Shown here: positions 49,476-60,178 of the stretch, piece by piece
How the letters are laid out: each line of letters starts with the position of its first letter
How positions within the stretch are numbered: position 1 is the first letter of the stretch
Source: Vicugna vicugna
Lineage: Eukaryota
Assembly (NCBI GenBank): GCA_013265495.1
Contig: MU063554.1
Location: 8,964,574 to 9,028,573 of the forward strand
Length of the DNA: 64,000 nt
Reading direction: 5' to 3'
Position numbers and translations under genes: made by a program
The notes under the pieces: generated by a model
What the model saw: the letters and a program-made list of their open reading frames with translations, nothing else
Told to the model about the DNA's origin: nothing
Databases searched by the model: none

Positions 49476-49527
49476 TTTTATTGTATTACCATTTTATTCT
49501 ATTACAATTTTATTGTATTACCATTTT
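49476..49527 (+). repeat. 3 x 16-bp tandem repeat
   Basis: TTTTATTGTATTACCA / TTTTATTCTATTACAA / TTTTATTGTATTACCA. Confidence 0.9.
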
Positions 49528-49729
49528 CAGCCACTTCCAACAGATTATGAGTTGTATACAGGAAACTGATTTTAAAAGGATGGATAGATGGATGAACAGA
49601 TGAACAGATGGGTGAATAGCATGGATGAGTGGACAGAGAGATAATAGATATATATTTTTATACTCACACACGATATAATTTTAATAATAAATTATATTGC
49701 TTCTCACAGAGATCAAATTTAAAAACTGC

Positions 49730-49980
49730 TATGCACATGCATCTCATTGAAAATCTTCCGGACAGAGCTGTTCTTCGCTTTTTATCTGCAGTGCCTGGTT
49801 CATGAGCTCACACCAAATAGATGCTAAAAATGATTGTAGAATGAAAGACACCTGCACCGTAGGAAGGACTCAAAGTTACCGGAAAACATGAGCTTCAAGA
49901 GTCGATAGAACGTTATCAATTTCACCAGCTGAGGCCGCAAACCCAGATCTTCCTACCTCCAAATGTGGTCCTCTCCCCTG
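49730..49980. mobile_element. L2 3' end (+, 49730-49845) followed by MIR fragment (-, 49860-49980)
   Basis: GCAGTGCCTGG...AAATAGATGCTAAAAATGATTGTAGAATGAA; GCAAACCCAGATCTTCCTACCTCCAAA. Confidence 0.55.
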
Positions 49981-50089
49981 GCCCAGCTTCTGGGGACCTT
50001 ACACTGGGCTGCAAGTTAGGGTTTGAGGACACGCTGATCCCTTTTCTGAAAGGCACATCTGGGGTCTACCTGAAGGCCTTTCTCTCTTC

Positions 50090-50600
50090 TTTCTCAATGA
50101 ATTGATTTATTTTGTTGTCTTCCCTCTCCCTCCGGCCACCCCCCTCTCTGGCGAGTCTCCTCGCAGAAGCCGGGAAGACCACCTTCCACCCGCTCTCGCC
50201 GCGGTTCAGCTGCCCCTCTCTACTCCAATAAACCGTTTGCATTCCATCTGGCAAGCGTTTGCTCCGAAGACATTTCCCTGTCAATCTCTCCCGCCACATT
50301 AAAACTCTGTCATTACGATTGCATCGCCGCCTGGCTCCTGAGATTTCTGACTGCTTTATTGCTCCCCTCATTTNNNNNNNNNNNNNNNNNNNNNNNNNNN
50401 NNNNNNNNNNNNNNNNNNNNNNNNNNNNNNNNNNNNNNNNNNNNNNNNNNNNNNNNNNNNNNNNNNNNNNNNNNNNNNNNNNNNNNNNNNNNNNNNNNNN
50501 NNNNNCGCTCGCTGCTGAGCATCACACTGAATAAATTTTCTCCGTAGAACATAAAAATGAACTCATACATTTTGAACCCCCGTTTCCTCCTTCCGAGCCA
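50090..50600. promoter_or_regulatory. Candidate TALE/HOX-motif enhancer (CNE-like), centre hidden by N block
   Basis: TGATTTAT 50103-50110, CCAATAAA 50225-50232, CTGTCAATCT 50278-50287, TGTCATTACGA 50308-50318, TTTATTG 50355-50361, CATAAAA 50550-50556; non-repeat, CpGs retained. Confidence 0.5.
50374..50505. other. N block (132 nt)
   Basis: Run of n. Confidence 1.
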
Positions 50601-51309
50601 ACCCAGATCATTATGCAGCGGCACCAGCGTCCAGGGGGGCCGGCGAGGCAGGGAGTGCCCACCACCCGCCCCACCTCCTGCCGGAGCTCCGTTATTCAAA
50701 TGCTGGTGGAGGCGAGGGCAGCATCTGGATGGGGGGGTGCTGGTTGTGAATGTGCAGCCTTCCTCGCCTTGTGGGAGAGAACGGGGAGATCCAGAAGGGA
50801 CCTGGCCCCAGGACCCCCTCACGCATGCCTGGAAAAGAGTCACATCAAATCACCTTCCTCGGGGAGAGTCCCTTGATCCCTCCTGACACGTGCTCAGGAC
50901 CTGTCCAGCAGGACGCTTATGTATCGAGCGCACTGGGGCAGAAAGAGAGTTATGTACCTTGCTGAAGGTTAAAGAGTGACAGTGTCAGGTCTGGGGTTTG
51001 AGCACAGCAGTCTGTCCCGTTCTGGGGAGGGTGGGGAGTGCAGGAAGGGGGAGGGGCACAGGCTTTGGGACTACTCTCTGGCACAGCAGGGTCTGGGAAG
51101 GAGCAGCGATGCCTGGGAGCGCTTTACCGTCTCGGTGCCCTCTGTCCCGGTATCCTGTCCTGGGCTCACCCAAAGTTGCGGTGGATCGTGGCTCCAGGGA
51201 GCCCAGGACTGGTGCTGTGAGCTCTGGTGTCCTCTGACCCACCCCGTGCCCTCCACACACAGGCAGACACACACACAGGCACACACACACGTTGTTCTTC
51301 ATACAAACT

Positions 51310-51450
51310 TACCTCCTGCCTGTGATGTCCCCTCTACCTGGAATTCTCTCTCTCTCCCCACCCCACATTTTTCTATGGCAAACTCTTATTCATCCTTCAA
51401 AACCTTTGCTCTTCTGTGCAATCTCCATTTACCCCTCGAGACACATTTGA
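51310..51450 (+). mobile_element. L2 fragment
   Basis: GATGTCCCCTCTACCTGGAATTCTCT...GGCAAACTCTTATTCATCCTTCAAAAC. Confidence 0.7.
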
Positions 51451-52689
51451 GACCCCCCCAAAGACCCCCAGCAGCCCTTCCTTCACCTCTTGGTAATGGC
51501 ACTCCCTGAGTTTCTAGATGCCACCTTTTTTCATGCCCATGTCCCCACTAATGATCAACATATCAGTGAATCACTGAGCACTTTCTACGTGCGGTGAATG
51601 CTCTGTAATCCTTGTAACAACTCTAAAAGACAGTTCTCCTTTTGTATCAAAACGCTGGGAGGACTTCCAGAATTTGCCTCCACGATTGTCTTCTTCCCGA
51701 TGGTAAGAAGATCCTTTATTCTCTGGAGGACCTGGTGGGGTTAGCCACGCGCAAGAGGACCTAGAGGCGGGTTTGGGTGAGTGGGGAACGAAGCTCAGGG
51801 ATCCGCAGGTTGCCCCGGACCTGGGCTTGGTAAGTGGTGAATTTGGAAACTGGTGCTGGTTTCCAAGCACGAGCCTGGAACTGCCCACCTCAACAGCCCC
51901 CAGGCCTCTGTGAGCTCACAGCGGGCTCCACAGAGCGTCCTCTGAGCCCCCCAGACCCAAGCCAGCTCCTGGAATGTGAATGTCTCAGAGACAGACACTC
52001 TGCTTTGCTACCAGGAAAGCTGCTTTGAAGGCTAGACCTGGTTTTTCTGGAAACACCTTTCTGCTTGCTCAGAGTCCAAACGCCAGAGTCTTGCTGTCTT
52101 CCAGGCTCTCTTTTTTCCTTCCAAGGGTCCACTTCCCTTTGATGTCCACAGTCATTTGAGTCATCCCAGACTGCTCCTGACTAATCTGAGAACTGTTAGA
52201 TAATTTCCCACCCACATGTTATTTGTGTCAAAGCTCCATCTCAAGAGAGCTACTCCTAGGACTTGAAGATAGCTGATCTGTTTAGAGCTTGGCCAGAGTA
52301 ATCCCACTAAATTTGGAGTAAGAAAAATAAAATATTTTCTGGGTAACCAACCACAAAATAAAGCTCCTCTAACAAGTGAGCAGTCAAGTACTCCCCACAA
52401 GAAGTTCCGAGCAGAGGTGGTGAAATGGAATATGAGGGGGGAGGCAAACGGAGCTACCCTGAGTCTGCTGTGGACCCCGCCCTCCCCTGAGCATTTTCCC
52501 ACCACTGCTCCTGTTGTGACCAGGAAGGGGGGACACCTCTTCCCGCTAAACTGTAAGGATGGGCTGAAGCAAAAGCCTTACTTATGTCCCTTACCCCAGC
52601 TGGACCTGGGCATTGCAGTTTTGGGGGGGCGGGGTGGAAGAACACTGCTATTAAAAAATAACTCAATTATTTAAAATGTGTAAAAGATA

Positions 52690-53830
52690 AACGAAAAGAA
52701 GAGCATTGGATAAAATACAGGAAAACATGTTTTGCTATAATCTTGTCATGGGGAAAGCTTTATTTCTAAGTGAGACATTAAATAGGGAATCCAAAAAGGA
52801 TACAAAAGGCGGAGGATGGGAAGGGATAGACTGGGATTTCAAAATTGTAGAACAGATAAACAAGATTATACTGTATAGCACAGGGAAAGATACACAAAAT
52901 CTCATGGTAGCTAAATGTGATAATGAGTGTGTATATGTCCATGTACGACTGAAAAATTGTGCTGAACACTAGAATTTGACACAACATTGTAAAATGATTA
53001 TAAATCAATAAAAAATTTGATAAACCAGAAAACCCAGGATTTTTAAATGTCTATACCAACAATCACAGAACAGGAGAGAAAACTTGCAGTGTGCAAAGGA
53101 GATGGGCCAGCAATGGACATACAGGGAAATATCCATCGCTTATGGACAGAAGATTCTGACTCTCACCAACAGTGCAACTCAAATTAAAATAGCAAGGAGA
53201 TCAATTCATCTATCAGGATAAAGATTAAAGATTAAAAGTCGTGAAGATTAAAAGTCATAAAGATTGAAAGTGTTGGCAAGGGGATGAGAAATAGATCCTG
53301 CCATGTGAAAACTTAAATTCACCTAAACTTTCTAAGGGACAATTCAGCAATATTTGATGAAAATTAAGTGTACAGAGCTTGCATTTTTATTCTTCAGATA
53401 TTTTCACACCTATATGCAAAATGTCTAAGGGTATGTTTATTGAAGCATGAGTTATAATGAGGAAAATCTTTTATAACCCGAAAACTCAGCTAAACAGGAG
53501 TTACTAACTATATGATAATCCAGTCACTCAAAAGAAAACTATTCAGTCATGGTTAAAAAAAAAAGAGAGAGAGAACGAGAGATCACTCTAAGTGTGCCAA
53601 TACAAGGCAGTCAACAAACTATTGCTAATGAGAAAAACAAAACAAAAAAATAGGCGAGACAGCACATCGCACAAAGGGACAAACATACGCTCGATAACGT
53701 GCAGTCTATTTCTGGAAGGATGACTACAAACAATTAACAGTGGTCTCCCTGCTGCAAAAGAGAATTTCCCTTATACACCCATTTTATATTGTTCGAGTTT
53801 TTTGCGATGCATGTGTATCAATTTGCAATA
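52690..53830 (+). mobile_element. Old L1ME ORF2 end/3'UTR hosting a young L1 tail
   Basis: GGGGAAAGCTTTATTTCTAAG...TGTTGGCAAGGGGATGAGAAA...TATGTTTATTGAAGCA...CAATTAACAGTGGTCTCC. Confidence 0.65.
52807..53015 (+). mobile_element. Camelid L1 3' end (subtype B), 5'-truncated
   Basis: GGGAAGGGATAGACTGGGATTTCAAAATTGTAGAACAGATAAACAAG...GACACAACATTGTAAAATGATTATAAATCAATAAAAAA; no clear TSD. Confidence 0.9.
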
Positions 53831-54699
53831 AATTATGAGCCAGTTTTACTCTGAGTGCTTTACCAAATCCTAGGGGACCATCCTAGGTGACTAACAGTGT
53901 GCAGTGCCGACGGCCATCAGCTGAATGGACGAGCCATGGGCTGTGAGAAGCTGGGAGCCCCAGCCCAGTTCATTTGGGCTGGGAACCCAATCCAGGACTC
54001 ACCAATCCAGGTGAAGCCTGCCCTGAACTAAGGCACATGTGGTCACGGTCTCATCTTGTTGGCAACTCAGGCACTGAGCAAATGTTCCCACCCCCAGTCC
54101 CTTTCATGCTGCCCCGCCCAGTGTGATTTCTGATCAGATAGGTGGGCCATTTGGCAGGACCATTGTGATTGACCTTGGCTGAGCCTTGAATGAATGACCT
54201 TCCAGAAAGAGGTTGTCTATCCTGCCCAGGTCAACCACAACACAGAATTCCAAACATCACCCATTATCCAACTGGGCATTAACCAAGGAACCATCACCTC
54301 ATGCATCGGATGATTTCCTGACAGCTCTGGGAGCCAGTGTCCATCCATAAAATGACATCCAGCTTGCTGACAGCAAGCCCAAGTCAGAGAAGAAGAGGAA
54401 AACCCCTGAGAGGCTCCCGGGCAGTAAGCATGGTGGTTGACTGACATTCCGATGGGCCAAAGTCGACGGTTATCCCCACGACAACTCTGTGGAGTGAGTT
54501 TGTCTCATCACCCCGTCCTGCAAATGCAGGTGCTGAGCCCAGCTGGGAGGGGGTGAGGGTGACGGACACTCGGGCAATAAGGAATAGGGCCCTTCCTTCA
54601 CATCTGCTCCACCTGGACAGTGAGTTGCGTGTGTGGGGCATGGGCTCAGCCTGCCTGGGCTGGGGTCTCCTCTCCACCACTGGAAAGCTAGGCCACCCG

Positions 54700-54835
54700 G
54701 GTGATTAGATCACATGTCTGTGCTTTGTCTCGCCTGTAATGCAGGACTTACCTTGTTGTGCTTTTGTGAGGATCAAGGAAGATGCTCCTCAGAAGCACCC
54801 ACCATCGCACCTGGCCGATAGTCAATGCTCAGTGA
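54700..54835 (+). mobile_element. MIR
   Basis: TGTGCTTTGTCTCGCCTGTAATGCAGG...TTTTGTGAGGATCAAG...ATAGTCAATGCTCAGT. Confidence 0.55.
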
Positions 54836-56124
54836 TCCCCAGGTGTGCTAACGATCCATCTTGCCAAAATGTCCTCTTGGTTCCCTCCCCCCTGGAATTC
54901 ACACATACGGAGAGGAGGACTCTCTATGATGTCTCCCTTTCTACCTGCCCTTCCTCAGTTTTTATAATTTGTTTTGTTTGTGCAATTATTTTTTTTCCTT
55001 GTGACCATTTCATAGCACTGGTTTTGAAGTCCAAAATGTTGTCAACTTGAGAACGTTCATCTGAAATCCCATAAGGATGTGTGATGTGACTTACAGATGC
55101 ATTTTCTTTAACTCAACAATATGACGTTCACGTTTGGGGCATGGCGTCCTCCGTCGCCTTGCCAAACTCTGGAGTTTTATTGTTGCATCAAATAAACAAT
55201 GGTTATAAATCATCCCCAGATGTCGTCTAATTCTTCTGAATGACTGGGGACCTGTTGGACACAGACTGGCCACTTGTCCTGAAGGCCAGCATCCTCCCAT
55301 CCGGGCCCTGACGCGGAGGCCCCGGTCCTGCATGCCCTCCCAACGGACGACCACCTCCCCTCACTCTCTTCCTCCAAGAAAGACCCCACCAACGACGCCT
55401 CCAAGAGGGAAGGTTTCCAAGCAGGTCCTTGGCTCCCTTCTGCAGAAAAGCTGACTGCTTCCCCTTGATTTTCCACGGCCATCAGCGACAAACAACCCTG
55501 GCCAGTGGCAGGCCTACTTGCTGGCCCGGGAGAGGAGGGAGAGCACGCTCCTCAGCTGACAGACAGCAAGGAGTGTCTCGGTGCAAGGTGGGGGCAGGGA
55601 GGCTCAGCATTTACGAGCCAAACCCACAGGGTCACCCTTCTCATCACAACTTAGCAAGCCTATGGAGGAAGCTGGATGTGAACTTTGTTTGCTTTTTTTT
55701 TTTTTTTGCATTGTAAATGGAGATAGCATTTTCTAGAAAATTTGGCCAGAGAAGGAGAGCTTTCTGTCCCCGGCTCCTGCCACAACCCCACAGAAACAGC
55801 CTTGGTGGGGGGTGTGTGGAGCACGTGCCGGGCACCAGGCCCCACCAGAGATGCCCGCCTGCCCCTTCCCTCTTTGTCCTCAGGCTGGCTGTGCTGGAGG
55901 AGTTTCCCCCGTGAACACCCAGAGAGCCAGGACCAGACAGCTGGTGGCACCGGCAAACATGGGTCAAGGTCACGGTGGCCCACACTGTTCCTCCCTGGCG
56001 AGGACCCACACCGGTTTCCGTGATAAATTCCTTTGATAAACCTAATATTTCAAAATGTATTTCTGCATCCAGACCTCTCTCAAAAAGCTACTTGAAGAGT
56101 GATCTAGATTCAAAACTCAAGTTC

Positions 56125-56335
56125 AGGTGAATGGCACGGCGGCCCCGTTGTCGGGAGGGGGCCCTGCGCGCGGGGGAGCCCCCAGCCCGTGGCGGCCGGC
56201 AGCCCGCGCCGTCCTTCTTCTGTTCCCGGAGCCCAGCGGCCTTCACGCTCAGACTCAGCCTCGCTGACCCCCGCCCCCAGCCACAAGCAGACGCGCCGCT
56301 GTGGCCCCTGAGACACCGCCCCGGCGCTGGGGTGG
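56125..56335. promoter_or_regulatory. Small CpG-dense island
   Basis: About 24 CpGs in about 210 bp by manual count; GC box CCCCGCCCC at 56269-56277. Confidence 0.65.
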
Positions 56336-57578
56336 GTGTTCAGCCAGTTGACACCGCGACTTGTGGTTTGCTCTGCTGGTGCTCCCCCCTAAGTGGAGCT
56401 TTCCAGGGAGAGCCTGCAAACCTGGCCAGGACGAGGGCAGCGTTACAGCAGCAAAGGAGATGACTAACCCTCAGTGTCTCCTTGAGGGGCTTGAAACAGT
56501 GGGGGTCTCCGGGATGGGGGGAGGGTGACATCTTTTCTTAGAATTTGTACGTGAGGTGTGTCATTTAGCTCCTGTCCCTTCTACCACGTTCAACCAAAAA
56601 ATCAAATTCCAGGAAAGGTAAATACACAGCAGGTGAGTTTGTGGAAGCAGAAACGTTGTTAGCAAAGCAGAACTTCAGAGGAGTAGGAAGAGGAATGACC
56701 AGGGTCCCGAGGACTCTTTGCTGGCCTGTCAGCTGGGGACACAGCTGCTGTCCTGTGCTTCGGAGGAGCTCAGATGTGGGAGCAGGTGTGAGCGTTGTAA
56801 CTGCCGGGAGGTGCAAAGGTGTAAGGGGTTCGTATTAAGGTGTTATCAAAACACACACACTGTGAAGGGGAGACCTTGAGAGCGGAGGAGGGGGAGGGGA
56901 GGGGTCCTTCGTGGGTCTCCAGCAACCCCGACAGGCCAAGCGTTGTGCTCAGCACCGAGAGGGGAAGGGGCGCTGACGATGCCCAGGCCAGTCAGGGACC
57001 CCCAGAGTTCAGTTTCCGCCTTTTGTAGCAGAAGGAAGAATCCGTTTCTTCGAGGAACCAGAAGACGTGTTTAAGGGTTTGGCTGCCCAGCTTCAAAGGA
57101 CGCACCATGTCCACTGCTCCCATTCTGGGAAAGCTCCCCGAAGTCCCCTTCCATCATCCAAATTTCAAACCGAGGTGAAAGGTCGCAGCGTTCCACTGGT
57201 GCAGCTGAACAGGGAGGAAACCATCACCCAGGGCTCCCCGTCCGTCCTCGACCCCCCGTGAGTGTATCTTTGGAGGCGCGCACGTCGGTTTTGAGGGCAG
57301 ACTGTTCTGGGCGGAAACTGAGCTCTGTGCCTGGCAAGCTCTATGAACCTGGGCAAACAGGAACATCTGTGCAGAAGTGGCGACGTGAGGCTCCTCTCAG
57401 AGGGTGACGTCTGGTAACGGAGGTCCCCGCAGCGACTGGGGTGCAAACTGGATCTTCAGCAACTAGGAATCCTTCTTCCCTAAATAGCCTACAGGCAGGG
57501 TTCCGACACGTATGCAGGAGGGCAAGGGAAAGAAGAGAGGGCGCCAGGGAGAAAAGCTTTGCATATAAACCTGTATTT

Positions 57579-57714
57579 GGGACGAGGTACAGCCTCAGTG
57601 GTACAGCGCGTGCTGAGCACGCCTGAGGCCCTGGGTTCAATCCTCAGAACTTCCACTAAAAAAATAAACAAATAAACCTGCTTACCACCCCCCAATATTT
57701 TTTAATTTTTTTTC
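57579..57714 (+). mobile_element. Camelid tRNA-derived SINE (vic-1-like), more diverged copy
   Basis: GGGACGAGGTACAGCCTCAGTGGTACAGCGCG...CCTGGGTTCAATCC...AAAATAAACAAATAAACC; TSD ATAAACCTGTATTT (57565-57578) / ATAAATCTATATTT (57715-57728), 12/14. Confidence 0.85.
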
Positions 57715-59064
57715 ATAAATCTATATTTAGTGTCTAAATTCCTACTTTTTTTTTTTTTCAAATTGTCCAGAATTTCTTCCTGAGAGAATACTAGCCTCAG
57801 ATAAATTCGGGTATTTTCAAATTAAATTGTGATAAGCTATTTATGTATAAATCTCTCCTAAACAAACGCAGATTATTTTCCCTTATTTCTGTAAGTCTAA
57901 CTAATCAATGACCAGCCAGCTAACTATTTATCTGACTAACCAAATTAAAAACAAAAGAATGAACTTAGTTTCCGCTAAGAAACCAGAAGGAATGAGAACC
58001 CCAATGAGGATCAAGTTCAGAGCCAGCCCCAGACTCCAAATGCTAGACGCAGACGGGAGAGGTTCCCTCTCCCGCCATGGAGACGACGTGACAAGGTAAG
58101 CTGGTGACCAGGACACCTGGAAGGGTCTTGCACAAGGTTTCAGGGACCGTCTGCCATGGTCCCCCAGTCCTGTCACGGGGTCGGGGGCAGCGCAGTTGAA
58201 CCCACACGACAGACCCAGGAGGCGGCACCACCTGGAACCTGGCTTGGTCCTGCTGGAGTCATGCAGCCCCACTAGACTGGAGCTGGACAGCTCTTCCTGG
58301 CCGCCTCTGGTCTGTACTTGACAAATGTCAGCCAGGAGGAAGGCACAGGTGTGTAAAAGTGTGGAAGCAGGATGCAGCCACCGTGTTCCGGAGGTCCGAG
58401 CCTCGGCCTGTTCTGGGCACCGGCTCTGTGTCTCCCCTGCTCTAAGCCGGGGCCCCTTGCGCCCGCACCCTGAGGGAGTTCCTTTGCTCTCCCCGTCTCA
58501 CTGGTTTCAGAGCCTGGGGCTCCGAGGGAGTAAGTGACTCCCCCCCCAAGTAGCGGCTCTGTGGGCCCCCCGCCCCGGGCACAGGGGCCTCCAGGGATGG
58601 GCGGGACAAAAAGTATCCCCCAGGGAAGACCCTGGACTTTGCGTGGGGAGCAGATAACAGAGAATTTAGGAGCTAAAGTGAGCCTGAAAGCCTCCACCCT
58701 TGAATTCACATAGAAGTAACCTCAGACGGATGCCACGAAAGGCTGGCAGCCCCCGCCCGCTCCAGCGGGACCCCTGTCTTCTCATCCGGGGGTCCCAGGC
58801 CGAGGCGAGGTGGGTGGACTGGGGCAGCCGAGGCCTGTGTGAGCCTCGGGCCTGCGTCCCTGTGGGCCTGGGAAGCTGCTGTCACCCGCTGTAAGCTGCT
58901 GGGAGCGAGGTGACATCAGGCAGGGGCCAAGTCCAGCCCACCACCTCCTGGCCCTGGCCTGGCCCTGAACGGAGTCGTGTATCATCAAAGCGCACTGACT
59001 TAGGCGCCGCAGAAGGGCCGTCAGCCCGGCAAGTTTGGACGAGCTTCCGGCCTTATTAGAGGTA

Positions 59065-59180
59065 ATCCTGGCCCCGTCACTCCTTAGCTGATGACCTTAG
59101 ACCAGTTGCTGCTCCTCTTTCCTTCTTTTTTAAAGAAGAATAAAAACGATGTTCCCCTCAGGTAAGGTTTCTGAGCTCCC
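59065..59180 (+). mobile_element. MIR fragment
   Basis: CCTGGCCCCGTCACTCCTTAGCTGATGACCTTAGACCAG. Confidence 0.5.
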
Positions 59181-59963
59181 TGAAGCCCTTCGATGAGACT
59201 CTGACACTTGCAGGGCCCAGGCGTTCCTCTAGAGGTAGAAGGAGATCTTGGAGTTCAGGAGCCGGCAGCACCTGGGGGTGGAATTCAGCAAACATTTGTG
59301 AAGCTGCAGGAGCTGGAAGAATGAGACAGCCATCGCCCCACCCACGGGAGAGCCCTGCCTGGACTCTCCTCTCCCCCCGCAGATGGGTTTGTCCACACAG
59401 CAGGTGCTTCTTGAGGAACTACTTGCTGCAGACACATGGCACTGTGTGCCCGGGGGATGGAGAGGGCGGTCTGCCGGACGCGGGTCCTGCCCCAGCGCCA
59501 CGGGGTCCTTGCTTATGCAGAGAAACACAGCAGCAACTTCCTGGGCTGGGGAGACACTCTTAGGGCCATGACACCAACTCTTTCTAGTTTACTTAAAAAA
59601 GCAAACCATCCCCAAGTCACAGAACATCAACTGTGATGATCACCCATGCCACAGGAGTACGCCGTGAGCTGCTGGTTTGCTGGCATGGAGGTGGAGGAGG
59701 AGTACGAGCTGGCGGGGTCCCCAGAGTGGAAGGGCAGATCACTGGCACGCCTTCCGAGGAGAGGCAGGACTTCCTCGCAGGGTGTCGGCTGCTGCGTGAA
59801 GAGAATTGGGAGGAGAGGTGATAGGACAAGCAGGCAGCAGGTGCGGGCAGGAGACCCGTGAGTGGTTTCTGTTGCTGGCGACTAGGTGTGACCTGGGAAG
59901 TGACCAGCGACACAAAAAGAGTTACGCATACCAGGTAGAGGGGCCGGTTGGTGGCCCCCAGGC

Positions 59964-60178
59964 CAGGGTCTCTGCCTTCAGCCCTGTTAACATTTGGAAT
60001 GGGAATACTCTTTGCTGTGGCCTGTCCTGTGCCCCACAGGACGTTAGCAGCGTCCCCAGCCTCCACCCACTAGATCCAGTAGCATCTCTCCCCTAGTTTC
60101 TAGTTGTGACAACGGAAAATGTCTCCAGGCTTGTCAGACATCCCCTGGGGGCCAAATTGACCTGGGCGGAGAGTGCTG
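59964..60178 (-). mobile_element. MER20 hAT-Charlie MITE, full length
   Basis: CCACCCACTAGATCCAGTAGC...GTTGTGACAACGGAAAATGTCTCCAG...CCCCTGGGGGCCAAA matches reverse complement of recalled MER20. Confidence 0.85.

Noticed and set aside
13812-53015. The five L1 tails as a new short SINE-like family
   Set aside because: Their 5' ends all differ (about 110, 750, 330, 550 and 210 bp) and two extend into ORF2, which is ordinary L1 5' truncation.
53959-53983. 9-bp stem hairpin CCCAGCCCA/TGGGCTGGG
   Set aside because: Length is within chance expectation for GC-rich 64-kb sequence.
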